The position numbers were made by a program, and so were the translations under genes. Positions 1 to 11,000 of a DNA stretch of 64,000 bases are shown here, one piece after another; position 1 is the stretch's first letter, and every line of letters starts with the position of its first letter. The notes beneath the pieces were generated by a model. That model did no database searches, was not told the DNA's origin, and worked only from the letters and a program-made list of their open reading frames with translations. Origin of the DNA: a virus; IMG/VR virus record IMGVR_UViG_3300003323_000915, positions 1 through 64,000 of that record. One strand, written 5' to 3'.

Positions 1-225
1 GAAGGAACACGATTTTATTTCACCACGTGTGGTGTAAAGAAGAAATATGGTAATGTTGGCCTTCGCCTTGTGATCAGAAGTTCCGCAGATATTAACAATT
101 CGGCGCCGTATCCAATACCAGCCAATAGAGAAGGTGAGGTAATTCAAGAAGTGATAAAATACTTCGTGCTTAAACGCATGGAGCCTACAGATGAAGTCAG
201 GGACTCTAATGATCAAGCGGCATGA
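1..225 (+). CDS. 3' part of a virion ring/tail-connector protein (truncated by window start)
   Basis: Frame 1 is open from base 1 to TGA at 223-225 (...SAPYPIPANREGEVIQEVIKYF...); ATGA overlap with the next structural gene. Confidence 0.55.
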   Translation, partial: EGTRFYFTTCGVKKKYGNVGLRLVIRSSADINNSAPYPIPANREGEVIQEVIKYFVLKRMEPTDEVRDSNDQAA

Positions 226-989
226 GCGATAAATCTCAAGTTTATTTTTTGTCTACTTGCGTGGACGATTTCCTTTCCGACAATGATTTGCATAATGGAT
301 TTTTTCAAAAGGCATTGAAGTGGGCTCAGCGCGCAGTGAGAGAAATAAGACTTGATGTATTTCAGCATCCAAAAACGGTACTACTGAATGTTACTGAGCG
401 GAATACCATAGTTCTTCCTGAAGGATTTGTGGACTGGACAAAGGTTGGAGTCAAAAAGGGACAGTACGTTGTCACGCTGGCTCTTAATGACGACCTGAAT
501 ACACTTGAGCGTCATAAAAATGATGACAAGGTGATTGGCTTACTAAGTCAGCATATGCCTAACGGAACAAACCTGAACACATACGGAGGATATTCATTCT
601 ACAATTTCAATGGAATGAGTTTTCTTGGGTATGGCGGCGGACTTCCGAGCAAGGGATATTTTAAGATTGTGGATCATGGGGAGTGCAAAGAAATGTACCT
701 CGATTACGACTACAACTACAAGCAAGTGTACGTGGAGTATATCACCGATGGCATTAAGCCTTGCGAGCACACCGTTCTCCATCCGTACGAGTATGACTAT
801 GTATTAGCATACATGGAAATGATGTACGAAAAAAAGAACAATCCAAAGGCAACAAATTATTCAAAGGACGAGGCAGGTCGAGATTTATTTTTTGCTGAAA
901 AGAAATTAAGAGCGCGGTACAATGAACTTGATCCTCGCACACTGATAACAATGAGCCGAGCAGAGGCAAGAGTTACTACTAAACTTTAA
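222..989 (+). CDS. Virion ring / tail tubular protein (crAss-like)
   Basis: 255 aa; LPEGFVDWTKVG and YVEYITDG motifs resemble crAss-like ring proteins; lies directly upstream of the muzzle gene. Confidence 0.65.
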   Translation: MSDKSQVYFLSTCVDDFLSDNDLHNGFFQKALKWAQRAVREIRLDVFQHPKTVLLNVTERNTIVLPEGFVDWTKVGVKKGQYVVTLALNDDLNTLERHKNDDKVIGLLSQHMPNGTNLNTYGGYSFYNFNGMSFLGYGGGLPSKGYFKIVDHGECKEMYLDYDYNYKQVYVEYITDGIKPCEHTVLHPYEYDYVLAYMEMMYEKKNNPKATNYSKDEAGRDLFFAEKKLRARYNELDPRTLITMSRAEARVTTKL

Positions 990-992
990 AAG

Positions 993-3900
993 TTGGACGC
1001 CGCAGAATCAGTCTTCATTCCTCTTGGCGGAGTAAACCAAGATGATAGCATCGTAACGCCGGTTCAAACATCGAGTGGCGACAGATCGCCATTTGAGATT
1101 GGGGATTATAGGTATGCACTGAACACACGAATAGGGTCAAGTCGGCACGACAACTTTGGAGATGTCGAGAATATAAAAGGTACCCAAAAGGTAACAACCT
1201 ATATTCCATCAGTCGAAAGGGAGACATGGACAAATGATAATCCGACATTTACCGGATCAATCGCAGGATGGCTGCAAGCTGGCGGATCTCCGGAAAAAAC
1301 ATGGGCATATGGATCTGGCGGTGGGTATTTCGGGGCCAAGGTGACTCTATCATCAGATGATTCAACTGAGCGGTTGTATCAATCAGAGAGCATTACAGCT
1401 GGAGATTATCTGGCAATTGAATACACATTCGGAAGGGATGTGGTGGTCTCAGATCCATCACTGATTGTCGGTCTGTATCTTGTTTTTATGTCTGGTGTGA
1501 CTGAACTATCATCGCTATACATTGACAATTTAAATTCATACGGCCCAGGTATATCAAATCCAGGGAACTCAATGAACATGCTAAGTCCGGTGACATGTGA
1601 CGGCATTGGCTTTAAGGTAGTGGTTTCTGGGTCTGGATCGTTATCAAATATTAAATACTCATTCAATAAATTCAAAATAACGCATATCTTCTCAACACCA
1701 GGGCCTCCACCATCCGGAAGGAGCAAGAATATCGGAAAGTATGAGGATCTTGAATTTCAACAGATTTACAATTGCAACTGGAATGAGAATGGCCAGCACA
1801 CTATAACTCGATGGGATGTTGCTACCAACACGATAATAGAAATTCTGAGATGGGAGGGTCTGAACTTCCAGGAAAATTCTTTTGTCAAAATGGCCAAGCT
1901 GGATAACTGGATCTCCTTCACAGACAAGATAAATCCACCGAGACTGATTGACACAAATACAATCAGTGATCTATTCTTGATCCTTGGCGCTGAGAATTTC
2001 AGGGAGTTCCACATCTCCCATCATAAATGGGCGCCAATCATGCCACCCGTGACAAGGATATTGTACGATGGATCACATAATAATTACGAGAAATTAAAAA
2101 ACAAAGCATACCAATTCTCATACCGATACATCTACAAAGGGAAATTGAAATCAAGATTCAGCCCAATCAGCAAGGCAAATGTAACTGCAAGCTGCGGTTT
2201 CTTCTATAGTCCTGGTCCTGGATTTACTGACAAGAGAATAACATCTATCGAGGTTGACATTCCAGGAATGTTATTGGATGTTCCTGGCGCATCAACGCAA
2301 TACAATTATTTCGATCATACTGACGTAAAATTTATAAACGCAGTTGAAACGATTGAGGTTGCATACCGGGAAGGTGAATTAGAGTTGTGGAAGTTATGGA
2401 TGCGTATACCAGTGACACCGGCTATACAACGGCTTTATTATTTCACTGGGGATGCGGACAATACACCAATTCCACAGGAAGATTTTAATCAGTTGTTTGA
2501 TACAGTTCCATTTTTAGCTGGTACTGTAGAGGCTGTTGATAATAGATTTGTTTACGCCGACTGCTTAAATGAGCAGCAGACTATGGATAATCTTGACATA
2601 ACAAATATGTCGGTTGTTCATAGCGATTTAACCGGATGGGCAAGTTCTTATCCCGGTGGATTCCCGGCGGTATCTCCTGTAGTTCAGGATGAGCTGTCAA
2701 GACTTAATAGTCTAAGTCAATTCTCTTTTAAACAGAGGGGTAAATATAAACTGGCGATACAATTCTTTCACCCGACAGGATGGAGAAGTGCTGGATATAC
2801 AATCGACACATGGGGGTATGATTCAGCCGATGTTCCAAAAAATGATCTTGTGGCGTTCAACTTCAAAATACCTAGTGGGGTCGTTCCTCCGGAGTGGGCC
2901 GTTGCTTATCAAATCATGCGAACTAACGTCCTTAATATTGATTTCTTCATGACCGGTATTGTGAATCAATTAATCCCTGTTATAGATAGCGTTGATACAA
3001 TTCTTGATCGGATATCAATTCCTGACAACACGAAGCAAGTTATTCGAGAACATTTCGCTAATAGCAAAATTGTATCCGGATACGATGCGGCTTCTTTTAC
3101 AGAAAGTTCTATTCAGCAAGAGATAGATGCAAGAGAAAGAGCAGCTCAAAATGATGGATGGAATAAGCTGCTCAAACTCAACGAAAATATTGGTAAGTTT
3201 TCCGGGTTCCCGGAACTTGCGCTATCAAATAAATTCCTAAACAAAAACCTTCGTCACAATCCCATTATTGGAGATCTCGCAAACCAAATATTAAAAGTTC
3301 AACAAACCAATATCATAAACGATTGTAGTCGTATTATGATAGACATAAACAACTGGTACAATGCCGCAAAAAAAACAGCAACGGCTGATCAGCCTACGGT
3401 AAACAAGCTTTTCTATAATTACCGAGTTGGAGACAGGGTCAGATTTACCGGAAGCGACGTGGCAAATCCGTCAAATGTAAATCAGACCAAGATTTATGAT
3501 GTCCCGATAATTTCATTTACCGGCAAGGCAATATTGATTGAGCGCCCAGCTGGTCTTATGTGGATACCAGGCCCAACATCATTCTCCGCTGATGATTTTA
3601 TAATTGAGGTATACACCCCAAAGACTGCAAATGAAAGTGATTTCTTCTACTACGAAACCGGTGAGGTGTATCCTGTGCTGTATCCGGGTAAATCGAATAG
3701 AGATTTTGCAAAAAGAGATTGGACGTATACTAATAACGCGGCGGTAACATCAAGCACGTACGGGCCGTTCAATTTTTTCAATAAGTTACCATTTTTCTAC
3801 GCCGACTGTCTTGCTGTATCAAGAACTGTGTATCGGGATTACTTAAGCTCAATGTCTCCGGCATTTTTATCTGGTGCTACAGGCATCAGCATGAATCCTG

Positions 3901-5093
3901 ATCCGGGCATGAATTATGATTATTGGGACAGATACAACGGGAGACCTACGATAACGTATAGGGACCTTCCGCCGGTGAAATTCATTGCCACACAGGCAAG
4001 GTTCAGCGGTAAGATAGTCGAGCAGTCGTTGGTTAATCAATTGAACAGATTTAATGATGCCGATCAGTACAATTACCCGTCAGAATATGGCAGGATCAGA
4101 AACATCATCAATACAGCCAACGCCCAGGTCGAAAGCATCGGCAGTATTATTCTGATGATTGGCGAGCGTGAAGCCTGGAGCGTGTATGTGAATAGAACAA
4201 CGCTTGAGGATTTAAGCGGCAACACTCAAGTATCGCTAAGCAATCAGGTACTTGGTAGCTATAATACGCTCCTTGGTAGCCACGGAACACTGAATCCGGA
4301 AAGCGTGTCACAATATCGTGGTAAGGTTTACTGGTGGGATGCAATAAATGGCGCGTGGATACGGTATGGCCGTGACGGCATCACTGCGATATCCGATTAC
4401 AAGATGCGGAATTGGTTTAAGGAATTGAGTGATCTTCTGATCACAAAATACCTGACCGATGAGTTGCCGACTGCAATAAGTTCGTACGATCCGTTCAATG
4501 ATGAACTTGTGACGTTCATAAATCACAGCTCTCTCCCTGCAACATTCCGCGGATACGATTCATACAAAGGATTTTTATTCAGTGAACGGGATACGCGATG
4601 GAAATCTGCACATAGCTACGCGCCGGAAAGATTCGCAAAAATCAATAATCAGCTCGTAAGCTTTAAAGAAGCAGACATTTATTTGCATGAGATCGATGAA
4701 GATCATTACAACACTTTCTACGGAGTAAAGTACGACTCAAAAATAGAACCTGTATTCAATAAGGATTTATTTTCAGTGAAGCATTGGCAAAACATGATCG
4801 TCGTTTCTACAAATAAATGGTTTGTGGAGCGAGTCATTTCAGAGTATCGCGGGAAGAAAGCATTGATATCGAGCCGGGTTAAGATTGATCAGGTAGAAGA
4901 ACGTGAAGATTCTTATTTTTTGGCATTTAAGCGCGATCTGAATACACCAAATGTGTCAAATCCGATTGTAAATGGACAGGCTGTTCGGTGCAAGGCTATA
5001 CAGGTGTTATTAACTCTTGATCCTGACGTGGATTACTTGAGCTTGATGCATATGGCCACCAGCACGTATATCGATTCACCAAAAAATCCGTAA
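993..5093 (+). CDS. Tail muzzle / stabilization protein (crAss-like, P22 gp10-like)
   Basis: 1366 aa, TTG start; N-terminal GGVNQD..YRYALN..GDVENIKG, FTDKINPPRLI, YQFSYRYIY..SRFSP, HGTLNPES, GITAISDYKM motifs; beta-propeller-like composition. Confidence 0.75.
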   Translation: MDAAESVFIPLGGVNQDDSIVTPVQTSSGDRSPFEIGDYRYALNTRIGSSRHDNFGDVENIKGTQKVTTYIPSVERETWTNDNPTFTGSIAGWLQAGGSPEKTWAYGSGGGYFGAKVTLSSDDSTERLYQSESITAGDYLAIEYTFGRDVVVSDPSLIVGLYLVFMSGVTELSSLYIDNLNSYGPGISNPGNSMNMLSPVTCDGIGFKVVVSGSGSLSNIKYSFNKFKITHIFSTPGPPPSGRSKNIGKYEDLEFQQIYNCNWNENGQHTITRWDVATNTIIEILRWEGLNFQENSFVKMAKLDNWISFTDKINPPRLIDTNTISDLFLILGAENFREFHISHHKWAPIMPPVTRILYDGSHNNYEKLKNKAYQFSYRYIYKGKLKSRFSPISKANVTASCGFFYSPGPGFTDKRITSIEVDIPGMLLDVPGASTQYNYFDHTDVKFINAVETIEVAYREGELELWKLWMRIPVTPAIQRLYYFTGDADNTPIPQEDFNQLFDTVPFLAGTVEAVDNRFVYADCLNEQQTMDNLDITNMSVVHSDLTGWASSYPGGFPAVSPVVQDELSRLNSLSQFSFKQRGKYKLAIQFFHPTGWRSAGYTIDTWGYDSADVPKNDLVAFNFKIPSGVVPPEWAVAYQIMRTNVLNIDFFMTGIVNQLIPVIDSVDTILDRISIPDNTKQVIREHFANSKIVSGYDAASFTESSIQQEIDARERAAQNDGWNKLLKLNENIGKFSGFPELALSNKFLNKNLRHNPIIGDLANQILKVQQTNIINDCSRIMIDINNWYNAAKKTATADQPTVNKLFYNYRVGDRVRFTGSDVANPSNVNQTKIYDVPIISFTGKAILIERPAGLMWIPGPTSFSADDFIIEVYTPKTANESDFFYYETGEVYPVLYPGKSNRDFAKRDWTYTNNAAVTSSTYGPFNFFNKLPFFYADCLAVSRTVYRDYLSSMSPAFLSGATGISMNPDPGMNYDYWDRYNGRPTITYRDLPPVKFIATQARFSGKIVEQSLVNQLNRFNDADQYNYPSEYGRIRNIINTANAQVESIGSIILMIGEREAWSVYVNRTTLEDLSGNTQVSLSNQVLGSYNTLLGSHGTLNPESVSQYRGKVYWWDAINGAWIRYGRDGITAISDYKMRNWFKELSDLLITKYLTDELPTAISSYDPFNDELVTFINHSSLPATFRGYDSYKGFLFSERDTRWKSAHSYAPERFAKINNQLVSFKEADIYLHEIDEDHYNTFYGVKYDSKIEPVFNKDLFSVKHWQNMIVVSTNKWFVERVISEYRGKKALISSRVKIDQVEEREDSYFLAFKRDLNTPNVSNPIVNGQAVRCKAIQVLLTLDPDVDYLSLMHMATSTYIDSPKNP

Positions 5094-5101
5094 ATTCGAC
5101 C

Positions 5102-5554
5102 ATGGAAATCATTAAGAATGCAGACGCTGATATCCTACATGGAGGGCCAAATATTGATCAAAAAATAGACGTCCTTGAGGCTTTAATGCTTGCGAATTTC
5201 CCGGAAGTAAAATGTGATTTAGTCCATCGGTTCACCCCGGGATTGTACACGAGAGAGATATTTATGCCGGCAGGTTCTTTGATCACATCCAAAATACACA
5301 ACACGGAACATCCTTTTGTTGTATCAAAAGGGGTTGTTTCTGTGTTTACGGATGCTGATGGCGAAGTGTTAATTAAGGCTCCACATTGCGGGATAACAAA
5401 ACCGGGAACGCGCCGAGTTCTTTACGTTCACGAAGACTGTGTTTGGCTTACATTCCACCGGTGTGAAGATGGTGAGACGGTTGAGGATATTGAAAAGAGA
5501 ATTATTGAGCCTCATGACAACATTTTATTAAGCGGGAATCAACTAAAATCTTGA
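5102..5554 (+). CDS. Cupin-fold phage protein (usually adjacent to podovirus ejection genes)
   Basis: HRFTPGLYTREIFMPAGSLITSKIHNTEH..PGTRRVLYVHEDCVWLTFH pattern. Confidence 0.65.
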   Translation: MEIIKNADADILHGGPNIDQKIDVLEALMLANFPEVKCDLVHRFTPGLYTREIFMPAGSLITSKIHNTEHPFVVSKGVVSVFTDADGEVLIKAPHCGITKPGTRRVLYVHEDCVWLTFHRCEDGETVEDIEKRIIEPHDNILLSGNQLKS

Positions 5555-5558
5555 GACT

Positions 5559-6134
5559 ATGACATGGATAGCAGTAGGAGTAGGGGTGGCAGGATTGGCG
5601 TATAGCGTGTATTCTTCTGAGCACGCAAAAAGTCAAGCCAACAAAGCTCAGAAAGCAGAACAGGATGCCATCAATAATGGCCCAAAATATCAAGTTCAAG
5701 ATGAAGCTTATCAGAACAGGAACATCGCCGAAGGGCAGGCTTTTGGTAGAAATAGAGCTATTCAGATGCAGCAGCAAAATATCGGGCAGGAAGCGTCGAA
5801 CGCCGGCGCTGCGGCGCGTGATGTTTCGAGTAGCACGTCTGATTTACTGAGCACGATTGCCGCCATTAACGCCAACAAGAACACCAATCTGCGCGGACTT
5901 GCGCAAGACGAGGCTCAGGTGCAGCAACAAAACCTAGGGTCTCTTTACAATGCGAACAATAACCTGATCGACGAAAAGGATAAGGCGTGGAATTACAATT
6001 CAAACATGCCGTATCAAATGAAGATCGCAATGCTTCGCGATAAGATACAATACAACCAAAACGTACAACAGAAAGCAACTGACAATGCCTTTGCTTCAGC
6101 AACATCAATTGCCGGCGCATACGCGAACAAATAA
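5559..6134 (+). CDS. Small ejection / DNA pilot-like internal virion protein
   Basis: Hydrophobic G/A-rich N-terminus (MTWIAVGVGVAG), Q/N/A-rich helical body, position before the large internal proteins. Confidence 0.65.
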   Translation: MTWIAVGVGVAGLAYSVYSSEHAKSQANKAQKAEQDAINNGPKYQVQDEAYQNRNIAEGQAFGRNRAIQMQQQNIGQEASNAGAAARDVSSSTSDLLSTIAAINANKNTNLRGLAQDEAQVQQQNLGSLYNANNNLIDEKDKAWNYNSNMPYQMKIAMLRDKIQYNQNVQQKATDNAFASATSIAGAYANK

Positions 6135-6139
6135 AAACT

Positions 6140-8026
6140 ATGGCGTACAGGGAATTCCACTATGAAAAGCAGTATGCCGCCCCTGACGCAAGTCAGTTCA
6201 TGGACCACACCACTCAGGCTGTGGCTCATCTTTTTGATTCCGTGCGCCGAAGCCGCGAAGAACGGATAAAATCAACAAACCAATTCGAGTATGACCTGTC
6301 GAATGGCGCCTTTGATAACGACCAAAAGATTCTGACTGAGTACGCTAAAAATGTGGTTAATGCTGGTAAAAACGAGATTTACCATACCGGCAAAATAAGT
6401 AATGACACAGCCTCAAAAATGGCTCAAGGAAAGTCGTTGCAGCAGCTGAGTAAAATACAGATGGAGAAGACAAAAAATCTCCAATCTGAAATATTATCCC
6501 GTGACGCAAAAGATCCATACTACGACTCCAGTCTGGACATGAACCGGCTGAAGGTGGCTGTGAATGGAGAGGACAATAACGTGAACATGTTCGACAGGTC
6601 TGATAGACTGGTAATGTTCGAAAAGCAACTCGGCGGCATCGATTCATTCAAGTACAACAACTACAAGGCTGATTTTGTAAAGGCGTCAGGCCAAAGATAC
6701 AGGGAGCAAACGACTGGCAATCCTAACGCTACAAAGACAAGATATGATCAAGCTACGTTTTGGGATGACTCAACCGGCAAGCCTGGGGTAACAGATAAGC
6801 ACGCGATTGATTACATCAACAGCGATCCTCAGGGAAGAGTTGATCAGTACTTCAACAAAAAGGTAAATAACCAGCTTGATGACGAGATCAAAAAGATGAA
6901 ATCGAGTGGTGATTCCCGTGTGGCATGGATGAAAGGCAAAAGCGATGCCGAAATCAAGAATGAGTTAATAAATGATCCATCAAAAAATATCATCAACAGC
7001 CAGGATTACGGTGTTCGTAAAAGGAATTTAGCGAAGGCCGACCTGCAAGAAGCAGACCGGATAAACACGAAGGTATCAGTCGACTATAAGGCCGACAAAA
7101 ATCCCAATGCGTCTTTGTATAAGAACGACAATATTGCCCACGGCTACTCATTCAATAACTCGAAGTCAGTTGGCGCCGAGCCAGGGAAGGCTCCCGCGGC
7201 ATTTGATAATCCGGGCCCCGGCGGAGTGTTGTTCCAGAAGAACGGTAAACCTATCACCTTCAGCTCGACCACTCCGATCAGGACTGACATAAATACCGGC
7301 AGAACAAACCGCTCAAAGATTGGAAGCGTACCATTCAATCTTACTGGATACCAGTTACAGGCATTCAACACAAACGGTTACCCTGTCCTTCTCCACGGCA
7401 CCGATACGCAGTCGATGATTGACTATATCAACAACATGCCACTGGATTATTTCGATCCTAACGGTAAGTTTAAGTTACAGCCGGAGTTAAAGGTTGCTTT
7501 GCAAGGGTACACCGTAAATCAAGCTCACATTCTTAATGCGGCAAACAATAACGAGCAGGAAATTCAATCGCGAATCTCCGCCGCCGCAAATGCCAACGAC
7601 CAAGACAAGGTGGCGATCGAGGAGGAAAATCTTGAGAAGCTGAGAACGCTTAAAAAACTTATTGGTTCTGGTGTCGACGATCAGGAATTGGCGCTCGCCG
7701 CGAGCCGAGCCGGAATAAATGGTGTCCAGGTAAACGAACTTGTGCAGGCATCTGATCAGGACTTGTCAAACATCAATGCCATCACGCAAGGTTTGAACCT
7801 GAAAGATAAGTCAAAATGGAACGACGACATGCTCCGTATTGATCAGGCATATCGAAACAGATATCAGCAAGCGGTTGCTGCCGGATTTAAGCCAGTTGCA
7901 GAAAAGAAGCCAGCACGACAAAAAAACTCAGTTCCAACCGTCTCCAGCGCAGAAGATTACGATAAAATACCACCTGGCGGAAAATATATGGACCCGGATG
8001 GTAATGTCAGGACAAAGAAAAAATAA
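6140..8026 (+). CDS. Internal virion (ejection) protein
   Basis: 628 aa; C-terminal VPTVSSAEDYDKIPPGGKYMDPDG motif of the kind seen on podoviral ejection proteins; synteny. Confidence 0.6.
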   Translation: MAYREFHYEKQYAAPDASQFMDHTTQAVAHLFDSVRRSREERIKSTNQFEYDLSNGAFDNDQKILTEYAKNVVNAGKNEIYHTGKISNDTASKMAQGKSLQQLSKIQMEKTKNLQSEILSRDAKDPYYDSSLDMNRLKVAVNGEDNNVNMFDRSDRLVMFEKQLGGIDSFKYNNYKADFVKASGQRYREQTTGNPNATKTRYDQATFWDDSTGKPGVTDKHAIDYINSDPQGRVDQYFNKKVNNQLDDEIKKMKSSGDSRVAWMKGKSDAEIKNELINDPSKNIINSQDYGVRKRNLAKADLQEADRINTKVSVDYKADKNPNASLYKNDNIAHGYSFNNSKSVGAEPGKAPAAFDNPGPGGVLFQKNGKPITFSSTTPIRTDINTGRTNRSKIGSVPFNLTGYQLQAFNTNGYPVLLHGTDTQSMIDYINNMPLDYFDPNGKFKLQPELKVALQGYTVNQAHILNAANNNEQEIQSRISAAANANDQDKVAIEEENLEKLRTLKKLIGSGVDDQELALAASRAGINGVQVNELVQASDQDLSNINAITQGLNLKDKSKWNDDMLRIDQAYRNRYQQAVAAGFKPVAEKKPARQKNSVPTVSSAEDYDKIPPGGKYMDPDGNVRTKKK

Positions 8027-11000
8027 TGGGTAAACAGGTAAAATGGACGCCTCCGGAGGATGATTTAGTCGTTGACCAAAACGAACAGGAAAAGCCTGCC
8101 CAAAAATGGACGCCTCCTGAAGAGGATGCCATCGTTGAGCCAGTAAAAAAAAAAGACCAGCCGAATCAATCAGCTTCTTCGAGCGACTCGCAAGATCTTG
8201 GCGAGCCTTCTGGAAAGAGTACAACAAATACTCCGCAATTAAGCGAAAAACAAAAAGCAACATTTCGCGAAAATGTACTAAAGACTCCGGAACAAAAAAA
8301 GGCTGAAGATCTTAAGAATAAATTCGTTGATACCCAGCTGAAGGACGCCGTTGGAATAGACGAAACCCAATCCAAAGGGTTTACTGAATCATTCCTGCGC
8401 ACCGTTCAATCCGGGTTATCTGATCAAATCCCAAAAGAGTATTACGCGCAACGCCTGCGTATGAGCAAAGGTAACTTTGGTGATCTGTACGATCGTAGGA
8501 GTGACATCAATGCGTTTGGCGGCCCTGAATTCAGTAAGCAGTTACCAAAGGGCACATCCATCGACGCATTTTCCGAGTGGAATAATAAGCAGGATTTTAA
8601 GACAAAACAAAAATCGTACGATGAGCGTGCGAAGCTATTCTTAACCGAGAAACTTGGTGCGAAAGGATTTGAAGATCTGAAACAAAAGTTCATACAAGAA
8701 AACCAGGAAGAAAGGCTTGGATATGAGAAGAATATCCAGCAGCAAAATCAGGAGGTGGCAATTAAAACAGCTGGGGTTACACAGGATCTTAAAGGCATAA
8801 ATGGCGCCGGGGACTTCCTGAGCTTTGCAGGAAATATGATCGGACAGGCGTTATACCGAGCCCCGATCAATCTTGGTACCGGTCCGGCAGGATCAATCAT
8901 TTCAGAATCAGCATCTATCTACGATCAGCAACTTGATCTCATCGCGCAAAAGGAAGGCATCTCCCGGGAAGAGGTGATAAAGAGAGGCCTGGATAAACCA
9001 GCCGAAGGGCAGGCGCTGGCGGTGCTGGCCGGTACGCTGGATGCCGCCAGCGAATTCAATATCGTTGGTCTATTCAAGAAAGCCGCCGGGAAGCAATTGA
9101 CTGAGAATGTCGTCAAGCAATTTGTGAAAGGATTTGTGCGTGGCGCAGCACCAGAAGCGGTGACTGAGGCTGCCCAAGGAGAAATTGAGGAATTCGCCGC
9201 ATCGAAAGGAGCAGGCACAGAGTATCACCCAGACGCATGGCGAATCGCCACAAACGCAGTTGGAGCATTCATTGGCGGAGGAGTTCTTGGAGGTGGCGCG
9301 AATGTGAAGCTGAGTCCTATCTTGAAATCAATGCCGACACAGGACGTAGTCAACACCGCGACAACCGGACAGTCTTCTAACAACATAAAGTCAATTGAAC
9401 AAGCTGCCGATATTATCGACGCAAAAGTCCAAGACGCAGATGATACGACTGTCACCAAAGAGGTGAAGCAAGAAGAGCAATCAACACAACCAGAATTCAA
9501 GGAACCAGTAATAACACAAAACCAAGGAGACGATGCCTTACAAATCAGCGAGCCAACGGGCGTACTTCCAAGTTCACAGGAAGGAACTGGAAGCGAAGGG
9601 AGTGAACGTGGAGGAGTGGAACCAGTCGAGCAAGGGACTGGTACTGCCGAACAAGGTAGCCAGCAAAAAGAAGCTGGCAGAACGAATGAAGGAACGCAAG
9701 AAAAGAAAAGCATCTTAAATCAAGATACAGATTTAACAGGAGAACCGAAGGAAGACTTTATGCTTACTGAAGGTGAGCAAATCAAGAAAGTTCCAGATAA
9801 AAAATCTTTAGTTAATAAATTAGAAGAAATAGGGGCTCCTAAAAAATTGATTGAGAGTATCAGCAAATCAGCTACTCTTGAAAATTATAATTCACTGTTG
9901 ACACTTGGTAAGGTATATCATACATTGAATAATGCGGGTATAGAAAATAAAATTTACATCTCTAATCTCAGTAAATTATTCGGATATAAAGACACAATAG
10001 TACACGAGGCAGTTCATCTCGCTAGTATCGTTGCGATCGATGACTATCTGTATGAAAAGGAAAATGATGTTAAAGTGAGGTATCTAACAGATTCACAAAG
10101 GGAATCACTTGATTATATTGATAACATTTTTCAGAAGGCTAAGAAAAAATCAAAAGTAAAGACATATGGTTATACTGATCTGCATGAATTTTTTGCTGAG
10201 TTTATATCAAGCGAAAAATTCAGGAATAGATTATCCAGAGATTTAGAGAGTAAGTCAATTGTTCGGCGAGTAGCTGACTCTATAATTAATTTTATAGAGG
10301 AATTAACAGGACTGAGTCTATCGAAATCTAAAAATAATGATGTACTAGAGCAGCTTAATAAAATTAATAGTGAAATTGAAAACGTGTATGATGGCCGCAA
10401 TAAAGTAATACAAGAAGCTGTTAGATCCGGTCGATATGTAGCCTACATTCATTTAGGCAAAATGACAGCTAACGATGCAAAAACTATCATAGAATCAGCT
10501 GGAATAAAAGTTCCTGACTCCATACTTAAACTTGCAAAAGAGGAAAATAATAATTCACAACAAAACACTGTAGAAAATGAAAACGTACAGCAACAAGAAC
10601 AAACCGAAGCTGGGCTCGGGGGGCAGATTCAAAGCACTGAAGGAGAAACTAAGCAAAGAGAAAGGGGTGGAGAATCCGGGCGCACTCACAGCCAGCCTGG
10701 GAAGGAAGAAATACGGAGCGAAGAAAATGGAGGCAATGGCCGCCAAAGGAAAAAAAGCCTCCTGAACCGAGCGCACGAAGGAGTCAGTGATGAGCAGGTA
10801 AAATCGTCGATCGAAAAACATGGCCTTACCTATGAAGTTGAAAGCCATATATCCGCTGAGAAGTCAGCACAGAAATTTATTGATGACGTCGGCGTAGAAA
10901 ATGCAATAGAGGCTGTACGAAATAACGAAGTGGACGATGGCGCCGCCGCGTTCGTGTGGGCAAAAGCAATTGACGAAGTCGGACGTAAGCTCGCAGCAGC

